Shown here: positions 34,457-37,284 of the stretch, in pieces
Numbering within the stretch: the first letter of the stretch is position 1
How the letters are laid out: every line of letters begins with the position of its first letter
Assembly: GCA_030167865.1 (NCBI GenBank)
Contig: JALAGF010005183.1
Coordinates: 1-37,284 of the forward strand
Reading direction: 5' to 3'
Source: Craspedostauros australis
Taxonomy: Eukaryota
Length of the DNA: 37,284 nucleotides
Notes under the pieces: model-generated
Seen by the model: only the letters and a program-made list of their open reading frames with translations
What the model was told of the DNA's origin: nothing
Databases searched by the model: none
Made by a program: the position numbers and the translations under genes

Positions 34457-35478
34457 CTAACTTCCACCGGGATCGGGCTGGGCGTGCTGCTTGTATTGAA
34501 TCCAGCGGAGCAATGTACCATGGGCAATCAGCTCCGCCAATATTCGTGCAGCCTGCTCCAGCCAAACCGCAGCCTGTTGCACCAGCGCCTCCCTTCCTGG
34601 AGCTGTGCGGACCATCCGCTCGTGGCTTGGCTGAACTTCCTCGAGGCGACGCCGAACTGAAGCTACTCGCTGCTGCAAAGCTTGCTCGATTTCGGCTTCG
34701 GCCGAGTCTTCTTGATGAAACTGCGCTTCGTTCCGAAGCTGCCATTGCTCCCACGCTATTTTCCAGATTCGTCGAATGAGTTGTGCTGACCACTTTCTGG
34801 CCGTTTTTCCGTGTCCTGACTTTTCAGAAATTGACCTTGGAGGATACTCCATTGTTCGGAGAGCAAACCCTTTCGCAAGGCCGTCGCTCCTATGGACTGC
34901 TGGCTTCCTACCGCTGTCTGCATGCCCACACTCATATCCGCCGGACGCAACAGGACCATGCCGCTGATTTGGCTGCACAGCACCGAAACTATCGCCTGCA
35001 TGACGCCGGGGCTTGTGGGATATTTCTGCATCCAGCCGCGTATGCTTGCCGCGTGCCTGGTCGCCGCTTGCACTCTCGCACGGTCTCTGCACTCCCAAAA
35101 GTGCTCACTGCTCTCCCGTTCCCCACAATTGGGACACTTATCGGAGTCGTGCAGGCCCCATCGCTTCATGCGTTGGCCTGCAGCCGCCTCTCCGGCTATG
35201 AGCTTGATTGAGAGAATCTTCTTTGTGTGGTCAAGGCCTTGCAACGCTCCCGCGACGGCTGCCCAATGTACCTGGTCGCCGTGATGGAGCACTCGCCTTG
35301 CCTGCAGGACCCCAATGGCCTCCTGGGCTGCGTGCCGCTCCGAAACACTGGCAAACCGTACCGACATCAGCTTGGACTGACGATGGAATGACACTTGCTC
35401 CCCATATATATAGCCCCTGTAGACGTGCTCCTCTGGCAAGGACACTCTTGCTGCGCCCGCCAGACGACCCACCTCCAC
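34457..35478 (-). mobile_element. 5'-truncated, frameshifted 3' portion of a non-LTR retrotransposon (LINE) ORF2, diatom Ambal-like
   Basis: VHW...KLIAG..AAGQRMKRWG..DSDKCPNCGERESSEHFWEC (CCHC zf-RVT-type knuckle), then QQSIG...KGLLSEQW..LQ. After a frame change near 34811 it continues WSAQLIRRIWKIAWEQWQLRN. No RT domain is visible upstream. Confidence 0.82.
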
Positions 35479-36474
35479 ATTGACATTCCAACAACTATGG
35501 ATGAGCAGGACGCATCAAAGGAATAAAGTTGGAGGTTCCTACAAAGTTTGAGGTTGAAAGACTGCCTGGAAAGTGTTGACAGAAAGGAACAAGCGGAGGA
35601 CAATCGGTTTCCGAGGGATGGTGAAGCACCTATCACATGACTTTGGCTGGTGTGGTGGTGCATATGAACATCCACCACATCGCCAACCCACCCATGCAAG
35701 CTATGTGAAGCATCAAGCCAGGAATGGGATGGAGAAGTGGGGATTGGATTTATTGAATGGAAGAGGTTGCAATCGATCAAATGCAGCAAATGCATGTTAT
35801 TGACATGAAAGACAATTGACAATGGCACCAGCATCAGGATGGATTGAATTGCAGAGATGCAACTTGGGGCAATTTGGGATACATCGGGGTGTCCTCAATA
35901 CCTCAGGTACTGAGGTGTGCTGCATGAGGAGAACTGACATGGTTGCGAGCAAGAGATATGATCCAGCACAGCAGCCGCCTCCGGATCGACCTTCATTGCC
36001 AAACATGTTGGTTTTCAACTGTGTGCTGACAATGTGCACTGAATCGAGATACAACTGTGCATGCTTGCCAGGGATGGATACACATGGGCTATATGGAGAC
36101 AATGTGGCACCCAGGTGGAATGACATGATGGCGCACATCATCTTGTATGGCGAAGTGATGGCAATATGATGCCCTCCATAGTTTGGGGGAGCACACAATC
36201 ACACAATATCAACAAAAATGATGTTAAATCTAAAGTCAATTTCAATGTAACTTCAATATTCCTATACATCGCCAGTGAGGTGTTCACAAGGCACACTTCT
36301 TCTCCTTTTCGAATGATCTGGTGCTGCTACATAGGATGATAGGCGCTTTTTGGATGGATTGCAATGTTGTTCTGGACCGAACTGTCCCACACACCACAGG
36401 TTCCGCACTGGAGCACCAAACCTCAACAACAAGTGCTATTGGTATGACAAAAGTCTGGTGCATCATAAGATCGA

Positions 36475-36497
36475 TGTAATGTAATGTAATGTAATGT
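36475..36497. repeat. (ATGTA)n microsatellite
   Basis: ATGTAATGTAATGTAATGTAATG read directly. Confidence 0.8.
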
Positions 36498-36939
36498 GAC
36501 AGAACCATGGATGTGATGAAGTGTGGGTGGATGGAGATGTGATGACGCAATGGACATGATGTCATGTGAGTGGATGTGGGTGGATGCGACAGTGAACGAA
36601 ATGTGATGCAGTGCCAATGTGATGCAGATGCAATCGTACAATGGATGAGGACGCCAGAACAATGCAATACAGATTCGACAGTCCAATGGATATGATGTGG
36701 CACGTATGCCACAGAGCAAAGGATGTCATCCAAAATAGATATCATGAGGCAACACATGTGATTTGCGGTGAGTGCATGCAAACGCCTCGGTGTAAAGGAT
36801 GTGATTTGGAGTGAGTGGATGCATATGCTGACTCTACAGTCGAATGCGTGTCATCTGGAGTGAGTGGGCAAGCAGTCGACAGTCCAATGGATGTGGCTTG
36901 GCGCGAGTGCTGGTGGATGTGCCAGTCGGATGGTTGTAA

Positions 36940-37284
36940 CTTGGTGGGAGTGGATGTGGATTCGACAGTCCAGTTGGTGTGGCTGGGTGCGACTGGGTGT
37001 GGATTCGACAGTCCAGTTGGTGCGACTGGATGCGGATTCGACAGATCAGTTGGTGTGGCTTGGTGAGAGTGGGTGTGGATTCGACAGTCCAGTTGGTGAG
37101 AGTGGATATGAATTCGACAGTCCANNNNNNNNNNNNNNNNNNNNNNNNNNNNNNNNNNNNNNNNNNAGTTGGTGAGAGTGGATATGAATTCGACAGTCCA
37201 GTTGGTGTGGCTGGGTGCGACTGGGTGTGGATTCAACAGATCAGTTGGTGTGGCTTGGTGAGAGTGGGTGTGGATTCGACAGTC
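36940..37284. repeat. G/T-rich minisatellite with 33- and 43-bp monomers, running off the window end (N gap 37125-37166)
   Basis: Core TTCGACAG(TC/AT)CAGTTGGTG starts at 36961, 37004, 37037, 37080, 37113, 37189, 37232 (TTCAACAG variant) and 37275. Degenerate outliers lie near 36672 and 36875. Confidence 0.92.

Noticed and set aside
36940..37284. CRISPR-like array (conserved core with variable intervening sequence)
   Set aside because: The intervening sequences are short variants of one another rather than unique spacers, there are no cas genes, and the context is eukaryotic.

Overview
Eukaryotic nuclear DNA, almost certainly from a diatom or close ochrophyte: GT-AG introns, bipartite plastid-targeting presequences (ASAFAP type), a UreD-UreF fusion and a diatom-type non-LTR retrotransposon remnant. 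Both ends run into tandem repeats containing N-gaps, so the window is probably a whole scaffold. The gene-rich core (~1.1-28.7 kb) holds 11 supportable genes: a conserved hypothetical protein, Yip1/YIPF5, an acylated LURP-one/tubby-like protein, a plastid MET1/TEF30-like TPR protein, a DUF445 membrane protein, a small membrane protein, UreD-UreF, a DHHC palmitoyltransferase, a plastid protein of unknown function, mannose-6-phosphate isomerase and a J-like protein. The distal ~8.5 kb is gene-poor, with CpG-depleted tracts, a nested palindrome, a frameshifted LINE fragment and a 33/43-bp minisatellite. I see no CRISPR array or prokaryote-type system. The most notable observations are the DHHC catalytic motif split over two consecutive 22/23-nt microexons whose joint skipping keeps frame, the nested palindrome near 33.0 kb, the HPD-less J domain and the UreD-UreF fusion. 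All family calls come from motif recognition by eye; no searches were run.
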